A stretch of 27,113 nucleotides of DNA from Sumerlaeia bacterium (GTDB lineage: Bacteria; Sumerlaeota; Sumerlaeia; SLMS01; JAHLLQ01). The stretch covers positions 1 to 27,113 of the forward strand of contig JAVJSW010000061.1 of assembly GCA_040219255.1 (NCBI GenBank), given 5' to 3'. The notes under the pieces are model-generated. The model saw nothing but the letters and a program-made list of their open reading frames with translations, did not search any database and was not told where the DNA came from. Shown here in pieces: positions 1 through 9,939 of this stretch (position 1 is the stretch's first letter; each line of letters starts with the position of its first letter). The position numbers were made by a program, and so were the translations under genes.

Positions 1-2
1 AC

Positions 3-209
3 TCCGAACCCGCCGCGGCCACCGCTCCGGCGGTGGAAGCCTCGGAAGCGGAAAAGGTGGAAGCCCCCGCCGATGAGGACGAGTCGGAAGTGGAAATGAC
101 GGAGCGCGCGGTCGAGGAAGAAATGGCCGAAATGGACAAGACCGCCAAGAAGGGCGGGCTCGCCGGCGAACCGAAGGAAGAAGCAGAGGACGACGAGAAG
201 AAGCACTGA
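3..209 (+). CDS. 3' end of a CDS entering the window; acidic low-complexity tail, probably the C-terminal extension of ATP synthase F1 alpha (by synteny)
   Basis: Open frame 3-209: SEPAAATAPAVEASEAEKVEAPADEDESEVEMTERAVEEEMAEMDKTAKKGGLAGEPKEEAEDDEKKH*, GC3-rich codons, directly upstream of atpG. Identity as atpA rests only on the usual atpA-G-D-C order. Confidence 0.6.
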   Translation, partial: SEPAAATAPAVEASEAEKVEAPADEDESEVEMTERAVEEEMAEMDKTAKKGGLAGEPKEEAEDDEKKH

Positions 210-272
210 TCCTTCCCCGAATCCTGAGCCGTCCACCCGTTGGACAGCACCTGTTGAGGAGCACTATTCGGC

Positions 273-1154
273 ATGGCCAAAGGCGTCAAAGAGCTACGTC
301 GGCGTATCAAGTCGATCAAGAACACGAAGAAAATCACGCGCGCCATGGAAATGGTGGCGGCCGCGAAGCTGCGCCGTACCCAGCACCTGATGGAAGCGTC
401 GAAGCCGTTCATGAGCAAGATCGAGACGCTGCTGGGCCGGCTGGCGCTGGACCCGAAAGTGGCCGATCATCCGCTGTTCAAGGTGAACCCGAAGGCCGAG
501 AAGAAGCCGCCGCTGGTGGTTCTCTACACCAGTGACCGCGGTCTCTGCGGGGCCTTCAACGCGAACCTGATCAAAATGGCGTCGCGGTATCTGGCGAAAA
601 ATCCCGATGCGCTGATGTACTGCATCGGGCGCAAGGGCCGCGATTTCTTCAAGAAGCGCATCGGCGACCGGCTGATCGGCTTCTCCGTGGACCTGGGCGG
701 CTCGGTCGATGCGCATGTGACGGAAGAAATCAACCGCAAGCTGTTGGCGATGTGGAACGACGGCGAAGTTTCGCGCATCGATTTCGTGAGCCCGGATTTC
801 ATCTCGACGAGTACGCAGCGCCCGCGTGTCAGCCGGTTCCTGCCGCTCGAACCCCAGGCCTTCGGTCTGAAGGAAGAAGACGCCGGCAAACCCATCGATT
901 ACATCCTCGAGCCAAGCCCGGAAGCGGTCTTCAACGCGCTGCTGCCGACGTACCTTGGCACGAAAATCTATCTCCTCGTCGCGGAGGGCATGACCAGCGA
1001 GCACGCCTCGCGTATGCTGGCCATGAACGCCGCCACGAAGAACAGCAACGAGCTGATGAACAAGCTCACCTTGCAGATGAACAAAGCGCGTCAGTCTGCA
1101 ATCACCACGGAAATTATCGAGATCGTTGCGGGCGCCGACGCGCTCGCCGGATGA
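273..1154 (+). CDS. atpG: ATP synthase F1 subunit gamma
   Basis: IKSIKNTKKITRAMEMVAAAK, TSDRGLCGAFN, SEHASRMLAMNAATKN and NKARQSAITTEIIEIVAGA motifs; GAGGAG RBS upstream. Confidence 0.98.
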   Translation: MAKGVKELRRRIKSIKNTKKITRAMEMVAAAKLRRTQHLMEASKPFMSKIETLLGRLALDPKVADHPLFKVNPKAEKKPPLVVLYTSDRGLCGAFNANLIKMASRYLAKNPDALMYCIGRKGRDFFKKRIGDRLIGFSVDLGGSVDAHVTEEINRKLLAMWNDGEVSRIDFVSPDFISTSTQRPRVSRFLPLEPQAFGLKEEDAGKPIDYILEPSPEAVFNALLPTYLGTKIYLLVAEGMTSEHASRMLAMNAATKNSNELMNKLTLQMNKARQSAITTEIIEIVAGADALAG

Positions 1155-1172
1155 CCCCAAGAGAGAAGCTGA

Positions 1173-2645
<1,473 letters not shown>

Positions 2646-2750
2646 GACCGGGTATGGCGCATCGCATCGTGCGGCGGATAACGTGGCGGCTTCACTTGCC
2701 TAACACACGAACGTCGCACAGGAAACGTCGAACGTTGAACGGACAGACCT

Positions 2751-3035
2751 ATGGCTAACTTTCATCTCAACATCGTCTCCGCTTTGGAAACCGTTTTCAG
2801 CGGGGAAGCGACGGCACTGACGCTGCCGGGCGCGGAGGGCTACTTCGGCCTCCTGGCGCACCACGCTCCCATCGTGGCCGTGCTCGGCGAGGGAGAGGCG
2901 ACCCTGCGGGTGGGAACGAAGGAAACGACGTTCCACATCAAGGGCGGCTTCCTGGAAATGTCGAACAACGTCTGCACGCTCCTGCCCGAGGAAGTGCGCG
3001 GCCTGGATCACCTCAAGCCGGCGGCGGCCGAGTAG
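2751..3035 (+). CDS. atpC: ATP synthase F1 subunit epsilon, short form (N-terminal beta-sandwich only)
   Basis: LPGAEGYFGLLAHHAPIV and IKGGFLEMSNN motifs; follows atpD; 94 aa with no C-terminal helical hairpin. Confidence 0.92.
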   Translation: MANFHLNIVSALETVFSGEATALTLPGAEGYFGLLAHHAPIVAVLGEGEATLRVGTKETTFHIKGGFLEMSNNVCTLLPEEVRGLDHLKPAAAE

Positions 3036-3088
3036 GCGGCGCAGACGCTTTCACACTGGTCTCCTTTTACCTGGGCGAGAAGTCACCT

Positions 3089-3130
3089 GACCCCCCGACA
3101 CTGTTTGGTGTCGGGGGGTCGGCTGTTTAT
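3089..3130 (+). terminator. Probable intrinsic terminator of the atp operon
   Basis: Perfect 13-bp stem GACCCCCCGACAC / GTGTCGGGGGGTC (3089-3120) with a 6-nt loop, followed by a weak T tract (GGCTGTTTAT). Confidence 0.65.
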
Positions 3131-3255
3131 GCGGCTTTCGTGGAGCACTCGACTTATTGTACTTCCGCCGTGGCAAACGGATGAGTTTCCTGTTGAAGCG
3201 CCTTGGCTCCGATGCTAATGATGCATACAGTTTAGCCACAGGAGTTTTATCCCCC

Positions 3256-3534
3256 ATGAAACGAGTCATCGTGCTCGTGGTGCTTCTGGCGTCTGCTGGC
3301 GCTTTTGCAGTGGTTCATGCCATCAGCCCCCGAGCGAGCTCCATCGAGGTGGAGAATGCCACGGTGTCATCTGGAGGGGGAGTTTCGTCGTCTTCGACCT
3401 ATTCCCTCGATGACTCCATCACCGTCGGAGACACTGTGGGAGACACCTCTTCCGCCTCCTATTCGATCAACTCTGAAACATATGAAACACCAGAGAGCGG
3501 ACTTGACTGGCGCTCGGTGGAGGATAACCAATGA
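3256..3534 (+). CDS. Small secreted Ser/Gly/Thr-rich protein
   Basis: AGGAG RBS then ATG at 3256 (preferred over the TTG at 3157); signal peptide MKRVIVLVVLLASAGAFA; SGGGVSSSSTYSL...SSASYSI; stop overlaps the next start (ATGA). Confidence 0.75.
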   Translation: MKRVIVLVVLLASAGAFAVVHAISPRASSIEVENATVSSGGGVSSSSTYSLDDSITVGDTVGDTSSASYSINSETYETPESGLDWRSVEDNQ

Positions 3535-4859
3535 AGAATATCTTTTCGAGATTTCTATTCGTATTGTGCTGGGTTGCGCTGACCGGTCTGGTGCGGGCTG
3601 ACGACACCGAGTTTAATTACAGGGGCGTCTTGAATACCTCTGGCAGTCCCTACAACGGCACGGCGGATTTTTATTTCGCCATACTGACGGTGGATAGCAG
3701 TCTGGTCGAGTCGGTCCAATGGACAAACGATGGCGGAGATTTGGATGTGGTTCCCCCCGCCAATCCGGTTTCACTTCAGGTCAATCAAGGCCGGTTTGCA
3801 GTCCAAATTGGCGATACCAGTCTCGCGAACATGACAGAATTGCCGGCTTCGATTTTCAACTCGGCCGACGATCTCTACCTTCGGGTCTGGGTGGACGCGG
3901 CGGGGGGCGGGCTAGAGCAACTGAGCCCGGATCGAAAGATTTCTCTGCCCGACGCCATCGGGATCCAATCCCGCAAGAGCCTCACGATTTACGTCGATCC
4001 AGTGATTGGCAATGATCGCTATCCGGGACATCGCGCGAACAAGCCGAAAAAGACGATCCAGGCCGCCGTGGATGTGCTTCCCAAGGTCATCACCGACGAG
4101 ACAATTATTCATCTCGCGGCCGGCACCTATGACCAAGGCGCCACGCTGAAGAACCTGATTCTTTCCGGTCCGTCCTCCAAGCTTCTTATCGTCGGGGACA
4201 TCGATAATCCTTCGAGCGTCGTTCTCGACGGCGGCGGTACTGAAAAGGATGGACTTTACATCAATTCCATCGCGACCACGATTCGAATCGAGGGTCTGAC
4301 GATACAGAACTTCGAGCACAGCCTGCGGGTCGCATCGAGCAATCTAGTCGTCAAGGATTGTGTCTTCAAGGGCTCCGACTTTGGCATTCTCGCCCGCTAC
4401 AATTCCGTTTTCACCACCACCGACGTCGAAATTGACGACTGTCTCTACGGAATCAACGCGGCCACGAACGTTTATCTTCGGATGGAAAACACGAGCATCA
4501 CCAATTGCGCGAACGAAGGGGTTCACGTGAAGGCGATGTCAAGCTTCTATCTCGTTGGCACAACCCTCTTTGAGAATTGCGGGGTCGGCACCGGTTCCGC
4601 AGCCTTCCGCCTCAGTGGAAATTCCTTCGGAAATCTGGATGGCGCCATCACCCTGCGAAACAGCGGCGGAACGGCACTTCACTGCATTCGAGGCTCCTAC
4701 GTGAATATCGGCACCAGTGGGACGACGCTCGTGGTTGAAGGCAACAACGTCGGCCTCTGGGCCGATCTCAGTTCCACAATCGACTACGAGCCAAGCCTGA
4801 CCACCTTCTTGTCGAACACTCAAGACACCCAAGCGACGAACAACGGCTTCGTGTTCTGA
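3531..4859 (+). CDS. Secreted protein: N-terminal FNYRGVL-type domain plus right-handed parallel beta-helix (pectin lyase-like fold)
   Basis: Signal peptide; IYVDPVIGND..G...PKKTIQAAVD..IHLAAGTY cap typical of beta-helix proteins, followed by I-x-N/D-C-x-x-G-I coils; GGAGGA RBS. Confidence 0.75.
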   Translation: MKNIFSRFLFVLCWVALTGLVRADDTEFNYRGVLNTSGSPYNGTADFYFAILTVDSSLVESVQWTNDGGDLDVVPPANPVSLQVNQGRFAVQIGDTSLANMTELPASIFNSADDLYLRVWVDAAGGGLEQLSPDRKISLPDAIGIQSRKSLTIYVDPVIGNDRYPGHRANKPKKTIQAAVDVLPKVITDETIIHLAAGTYDQGATLKNLILSGPSSKLLIVGDIDNPSSVVLDGGGTEKDGLYINSIATTIRIEGLTIQNFEHSLRVASSNLVVKDCVFKGSDFGILARYNSVFTTTDVEIDDCLYGINAATNVYLRMENTSITNCANEGVHVKAMSSFYLVGTTLFENCGVGTGSAAFRLSGNSFGNLDGAITLRNSGGTALHCIRGSYVNIGTSGTTLVVEGNNVGLWADLSSTIDYEPSLTTFLSNTQDTQATNNGFVF

Positions 4860-5051
4860 CGGTTCTTCATGCTCACTCTCCCTGCCACCTTGGAGACTTG
4901 AAATCTCTCGTGGCTGAGCACACTTCGCCAAGTTCGGAATGCCCGGCTCTTCTTCGCAAGCAGCCGGGCATTCCGTTATTTGGGCCACCATAACTGTGGC
5001 CCGATTTTGGCATCTTCTGATCGGACTTGAGCCAGACAGGATGGATTTTCC

Positions 5052-5765
5052 ATGAGACGCTCCGTTTTGAAATCTTTTGGTTTGGCGCTCTTGGCTCTGG
5101 CGGGAACCGCCTGCACCCTCGCCAAAGGCGTTGTCGGCAACCGTTCCGGCTATGAGGAGCCGGACTACATCGTGAAGGAAACGCTGCCGGGAGGAATCGC
5201 GATCCGGCACTACGCGGGGCGCGTGGTGGTGCAGACCACGGTGGAGCCCGGGGGAGAAGCCGAAGATGCGGACGAACCGCGCGACGAGGCTTTTCAGCGG
5301 CTCTTCGACTATATCTCCGGCGAGAATTCGGCGCGAGGCGAGATCGCGATGACTGTGCCGGTGGAAACCAAGAAGTCCTCGCAGAAGGTGGCCATGACGG
5401 TTCCCGTGGAAGTAAGGGGCGAGGACGCTGGGAGACCATCCGCCGAACCCCTGACGATGCGGTTTTTCCTGCCGTCGAAATACACCGCCGAAACAGCGCC
5501 CGCGCCAGCGGACCCGCGGGTCGAACTGGCGACGCTTCCGGCCGAGACCTACGCCGTCGCGCGGATCGAGGGCGGTGTGAACGAGGAGGACTTGGCGGCG
5601 GCCAAGAAGGCCGTTTCCCAGGCGGTGGCCTCCAGCCCGCTCTACCGGGCGGCGGGCGAGCCGGTGGTGTGGTATTACGATCCACCCTTCACCCTGCCGC
5701 CGCTGCGGCAGACGGATGTGGCCCTCGCCGTGGAGCGCATCCCGGCACCAACGCCCGCCCCATGA
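5052..5765 (+). CDS. SOUL family heme-binding protein, predicted lipoprotein
   Basis: EEPDY, IRHY, AFQRLFDYISGEN, IAMTVPV (twice), MRFFLPSKY and YYDPPFTLPPLR motifs; lipobox-like LAGTAC. Confidence 0.9.
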   Translation: MRRSVLKSFGLALLALAGTACTLAKGVVGNRSGYEEPDYIVKETLPGGIAIRHYAGRVVVQTTVEPGGEAEDADEPRDEAFQRLFDYISGENSARGEIAMTVPVETKKSSQKVAMTVPVEVRGEDAGRPSAEPLTMRFFLPSKYTAETAPAPADPRVELATLPAETYAVARIEGGVNEEDLAAAKKAVSQAVASSPLYRAAGEPVVWYYDPPFTLPPLRQTDVALAVERIPAPTPAP

Positions 5766-5771
5766 GACAAA

Positions 5772-5797
5772 CCGCCGTCCGTTCGGCGGGATGGCGG
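5772..5797. terminator. GC-rich hairpin between convergent genes, possible terminator
   Basis: CCGCCGTCC...GGATGGCGG stem directly after the SOUL stop and downstream of the convergent small ORF. Confidence 0.4.
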
Positions 5798-5839
5798 ATT
5801 CTCCGGCGCGATGCCGGCAGGGGAAAGAGCAAGCGGCGG

Positions 5840-6028
5840 TCAGCCGCCGCGGTAGTCGCCGGTCTTCGGGTTGGTTTTCTGCTTAAGAATGTCCGCCTTG
5901 GACTTTGGGGGCTTGGCCGGATTGGCCCCGCCTGGCGAGCGCTCTTCCATTTCGGGATGAATGGGCCCCCGGTCGCTGTGGCGGGGAGTCTTGTCGTCGT
6001 CGCGGTGCTTTTCGCCTTTTCGAGTCAT
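5840..6028 (-). CDS. Small hydrophilic, probably disordered hypothetical protein (62 aa)
   Basis: ATG at 6028 preceded by AGGAAAAG; MTRKGEKHRDDDKTPRHSDRGPIHPEMEERSPGG...KTGDYRGG; fills an otherwise empty intergenic gap. Confidence 0.55.
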   Translation of the reverse strand: MTRKGEKHRDDDKTPRHSDRGPIHPEMEERSPGGANPAKPPKSKADILKQKTNPKTGDYRGG

Positions 6029-6374
6029 GGGACTTTTCCTTAATTGTGGGATTGGAAACTGGGGGCTGCGTGAGTCGGCTCCCAGGATGGCGCGTTGAGA
6101 AAAGCGTTCCAGCGCGGAGGCAAGATAAATCGGTGTTAATTTGTCTCGCTTATCCCGCACCCTGTGTCATAGGCGTTTCGCCGACTTAAGCCCAGGTTGA
6201 TAGATGGCCACCCTAAACTCTCGATTGTCATGGATTGGTCTCCGAACGGATGGAACGCGTCCGAGTTCTCTTTGAGCTTTCAAAGCCTTTCATGGTTGAC
6301 TTGATTAGGGTTGCCCTATGTCACAAGGTTGGGACAAAGTGCTTGTATGACAGGATGAAAGGAGGTTGCAGCAG

Positions 6375-7982
6375 ATGCATTTTGACCTCAGCCAATATGG
6401 AGTGACGGCGGAAAAGATTCACCGCAATCCGCCGGTGGGACGGTTGTACGAGTTGGGTTTGGAGGAAAAGGGCACGACGTTCTCGTCCACGGGGGCGATG
6501 ATCGCCTATTCGGGGGCGAAGACCGGCCGCAGCCCGGAGGACAAGCGGGTCGTTCGCGAGGCGGACAGCGAAGGCAATATTTGGTGGGGCAGTGTCAACC
6601 GCCCGATTTGCGAGAAGTCCTTCGCCTTCAATCGCGAAATCGCTCTGAATTTTCTAGCCTCGAGGCATCGAGTCTTCGTCATCGATGGATACGCCGGGTG
6701 GGACCCACGCTATCGAATCAAAGTCCGAGTGATCTGCTCGCGCGCCTACCACGCGCTGTTCATGCACAACATGCTGATCCGCCCCACGAAAGAGGAACTG
6801 GCCAATTTCGGCGAGCCCGATTGGGTGATCTACAACGCGGGCCAGATGGGGGCCTCGACCCAGGTCGAAAACGTGGACACGAAGACCAGCGTGGCGCTCT
6901 CCTTCAAGAACCGCGAGTTCGTCATTCTCGGCACCGAGTACGCCGGCGAAATGAAGAAGGGCGTCTTCACGGTGCTCAATTACATCCTGCCGCTGCAAGG
7001 CGTGCTGTCGATGCACTGCTCGGCGAACGAGGGCGGGGACGGCGACACAGCGCTCTTCTTCGGCCTCTCGGGCACGGGCAAGACGACGCTGTCGGCGGAT
7101 CCGAAGCGCGCCCTGATCGGTGACGATGAGCACGGATGGAGCGACCGGGGCATCTTCAATTTCGAAGGCGGTTGCTACGCCAAGACGATCAACCTGTCGC
7201 GCGAGGGCGAACCGCAAATCTACGACGCCATCAAGTTCGGCTCCATTCTGGAAAACGTCGTCTACGATCCCTTCAGCCACGACGTCGACTACACCGACAC
7301 GCGGTTCACGCAGAACACGCGCTGCTCCTATCCGGTGGAATTCATCGACAACGCCAAGATTCCGTGCGTCGGCGGCCACCCGAAGAACGTCATCTTCCTG
7401 ACCTGCGACGCCTTTGGCGTGCTGCCTCCGGTGGCGAAGCTGACGCCGGGCCAGGCCATGTACCATTTCATCAGCGGCTACACGGCCAAGGTGGCGGGCA
7501 CGGAAGTGGGCGTGACCGAACCCAAGGCCACCTTCTCGGCCTGCTTTGGCGCGGCCTTCCTGGTCTGGCACCCGGCGAAGTACGCGGAAATGCTGGCGGA
7601 GAAAATGCGCGCCCACGGCTCCACCGTCTGGCTCGTGAACACCGGCTGGAGCGGCGGACCGGCGGCCGACATGTTCGGCGTCAAGGCCAGCAAACGCATG
7701 AAGCTGGCCTACACCCGCTCCATCGTGGACGCCATCCTGAACGGCGAACTGGATCATGCGGAGTACCAGACCGACGAGGTTTTCGGCCTGGCGACTCCGA
7801 AGTCCCTGGCGGGCGTTCCGGATGAAATCCTCAATCCGCGGATGGCCTGGCCGGACAAGAACTCGTATGACCTGGCGGCTGGCAAGCTGGCCGAGATGTT
7901 CACCAAGAACTTCGAGAAGTACGCCAGCGAAGCGAGCGCCGAAATCCTGGAAGCGGCCCCGAAGATTCCCGCCGCCAGTTGA
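6375..7982 (+). CDS. pckA: Phosphoenolpyruvate carboxykinase (ATP)
   Basis: TGRSPEDK, YAGEMKKG, SMHCSAN, FFGLSGTGKTTLS, LIGDDEHGW and NFEGGCYAK motifs; AAGGAGG RBS spaced correctly for the ATG at 6375. Confidence 0.98.
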   Translation: MHFDLSQYGVTAEKIHRNPPVGRLYELGLEEKGTTFSSTGAMIAYSGAKTGRSPEDKRVVREADSEGNIWWGSVNRPICEKSFAFNREIALNFLASRHRVFVIDGYAGWDPRYRIKVRVICSRAYHALFMHNMLIRPTKEELANFGEPDWVIYNAGQMGASTQVENVDTKTSVALSFKNREFVILGTEYAGEMKKGVFTVLNYILPLQGVLSMHCSANEGGDGDTALFFGLSGTGKTTLSADPKRALIGDDEHGWSDRGIFNFEGGCYAKTINLSREGEPQIYDAIKFGSILENVVYDPFSHDVDYTDTRFTQNTRCSYPVEFIDNAKIPCVGGHPKNVIFLTCDAFGVLPPVAKLTPGQAMYHFISGYTAKVAGTEVGVTEPKATFSACFGAAFLVWHPAKYAEMLAEKMRAHGSTVWLVNTGWSGGPAADMFGVKASKRMKLAYTRSIVDAILNGELDHAEYQTDEVFGLATPKSLAGVPDEILNPRMAWPDKNSYDLAAGKLAEMFTKNFEKYASEASAEILEAAPKIPAAS

Positions 7983-8032
7983 CCCGTCAGCCTTGTGGCG
8001 TGTGGGACTTCTCGACGCGCTGACACAATGAC

Positions 8033-8084
8033 TCCCCGGCAGACCCCCCGCAGGACAGCGTGGACCTGCCGGGGATTCTTCTTT
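8033..8084 (+). terminator. Probable intrinsic terminator after pckA
   Basis: TCCCCGGCAG (8033-8042) pairs with CTGCCGGGGA (8066-8075), followed by TTCTTCTTT. Confidence 0.65.
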
Positions 8085-8238
8085 GTATGACTTCACCCCT
8101 GAAATTATGGCGCGCTTCGAAAAATCGAGGAACCCCTTGCGATTCCGGAGCATCCGGCTCAAAAGATGCTTTTGAGCAGAAGACAAATTCTTTTCGGCGG
8201 GCCATCACGCAACCTGAGCGCCAGCCCTCGAGCCACTT

Positions 8239-8730
8239 ATGAAGAACCTCAACCTCGTCCCCGGAAAAAACCGCATCCAGTGCGTCACGAACGCACCCCT
8301 GTCCGACTCCATGCTGGTCGAGCAGCTCAACCTGCCCATGGCGTGCGGAGGCAACGGTCTGTGTGCCACCTGTCACGTCGTGGTGACCGGCGGGATGGAC
8401 AATTTGTCCGAGCCCTCCTCGAAAGAGTTGCGCACGCTCAACCGGTTGACAGGGCGCTGCGAGGGCTCGCGCCTGGCTTGCCAGGCGCGGATTCTCGGCG
8501 ACGTGACAGTCCGCCTGCCGGAGGGCATTTACATCACCGGCACGGACGATCTGGAGAGCCTGATCGGCCGGCGGGCCGAAGCGGCCATCCTCCATCCCGC
8601 CGACGGCCGGGTCCTGGTCAACCAGGGCCAGATCATCAGCCGCTACATCATCCGCAAACTCGAAGGCATGAACTTCAACCCGTGGGATGTGGCGGCGGGC
8701 GAGGACGAAGGCGGCAAACAGGTGGTTTAG
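8239..8730 (+). CDS. 2Fe-2S ferredoxin with C-terminal extension (Slr0148/Fd5-like)
   Basis: CGGNGLCATCHV (C-x5-C-x2-C) and RLACQ fourth ligand; about 65 extra C-terminal residues (LIGRRAE..ILHPADGRVLV..GQIISR). Confidence 0.9.
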   Translation: MKNLNLVPGKNRIQCVTNAPLSDSMLVEQLNLPMACGGNGLCATCHVVVTGGMDNLSEPSSKELRTLNRLTGRCEGSRLACQARILGDVTVRLPEGIYITGTDDLESLIGRRAEAAILHPADGRVLVNQGQIISRYIIRKLEGMNFNPWDVAAGEDEGGKQVV

Positions 8731-8858
8731 CCCCTCTTCCTCCGCGGCGGGCTCCTCCCCGATTTCGCTTGTTCGCCCACCGACATTTTTCTTAGACTGC
8801 GTTTACCTCAAAGAGTCTCTATCGCACCGATGCATTGCACCCCCAGGATTGTTTGACC

Positions 8859-9527
8859 ATGTCCAAGATCTCCATCGAAGCCGGTGGCAGCCTCCATGGC
8901 ATCCGCCACAACTACTACGATCCGGAGGATTTCTTCCTCCGCGATGAGCGGACGGGGGAAATTCGCCGCCGCGACGGTCAACGCACGATCGCCATCTCCG
9001 AAGATTTCGTGGCCGCCTTGATGGCCGGCACGGCGGAGGAAGTGGGCGACGAAGCGGCCCGCGCCATCATGTACCAGGCCGGTTTCCAGTGGGCCCTGGC
9101 GGACATGAAGAATTTCAGCCGCAACATGGAGAAGGAATTCGGCAGCATCGGCCTCACCGAGATGCAGCTCAATTTCGTTCTCGAAACCTGGTGGTGGCCG
9201 CTCACCAGCCAAGGCTGGGGCGGCTGGAAGTTCGACTTCGCCCATCGTAAGCAGGGCCTGATTTTCGTCGACCTCTACGATTCCGTCGTGGCGCGCAGCC
9301 TCGAGCGACTCGGCAAGCCGGTCTGCTACTGGTACGCGGGGCTCTTTGGTGGCCTGTTCACCTTCATGAGCCGGCGCGATTTGTCCTCCATCGAAATCCA
9401 GTGCTACGCCAACGGCTACGACGTCTGCAAGTTCATGGTCGGCATGGAGAAGCGCGTCAACGCCGCCGCCTTCTGGGTCGAAGAAGGCGCCACGTCGAAA
9501 GAAATCATGAGCCAGTTGCTCGAATAA
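8859..9527 (+). CDS. V4R (4-vinyl reductase-like) domain protein 1
   Basis: LETWWWPLTSQGWG, DSVVARSL..GKPVC..YAG and IEIQCY..G...CKF motifs, as in the cyanobacterial Slr0144/Slr0147-type proteins; AGGA RBS before the ATG at 8859. Confidence 0.9.
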   Translation: MSKISIEAGGSLHGIRHNYYDPEDFFLRDERTGEIRRRDGQRTIAISEDFVAALMAGTAEEVGDEAARAIMYQAGFQWALADMKNFSRNMEKEFGSIGLTEMQLNFVLETWWWPLTSQGWGGWKFDFAHRKQGLIFVDLYDSVVARSLERLGKPVCYWYAGLFGGLFTFMSRRDLSSIEIQCYANGYDVCKFMVGMEKRVNAAAFWVEEGATSKEIMSQLLE

Positions 9528-9550
9528 CCGCCGCGCCAGGACCCTTCCAC

Positions 9551-9919
9551 ATGCCCATCCGCATTGCCATACCCGAAGCCTCAGCGATTCGGCGCCTCGC
9601 GGCGTCGCTTGCGACCTCCGCGGCGGCCAAGACGCCTTCCTCGGGCGGCGGGCTGGACTTGAACCAGAACGTGCGCAACTACTTCTTCTACTTTCCCTGG
9701 ACCGGCAAGCCGGTGGTGACCGGTGAGCGTATGCCGACGCTGGAGGAGGCGACGGTGGGACAGTATTTCTCAGCGTTCGACTGGGAAGGGCGCCGCAGCG
9801 GACCGCCCCCGGACGCTCCGCCCCCCGCCGGAATCTCCGCCGCCCAACCGGCCAAGGCCACAGGGTCTCCGCAAGAGAAAGGCTTCGACCGATTTTTCTC
9901 CAACTTTTTCCAAGATTGA
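9551..9919 (+). CDS. Hypothetical protein with two V-x-x-Y-F-x-x-F-x-W-x-G repeats
   Basis: ATG at 9551 after the V4R1 stop; repeats NVRNYFFYFPWTG and TVGQYFSAFDWEG; C-terminus GFDRFFSNFFQD; fills the operon gap exactly. Confidence 0.75.
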   Translation: MPIRIAIPEASAIRRLAASLATSAAAKTPSSGGGLDLNQNVRNYFFYFPWTGKPVVTGERMPTLEEATVGQYFSAFDWEGRRSGPPPDAPPPAGISAAQPAKATGSPQEKGFDRFFSNFFQD

Positions 9920-9939
9920 CCGCCGACGGAGCGTAGCCC

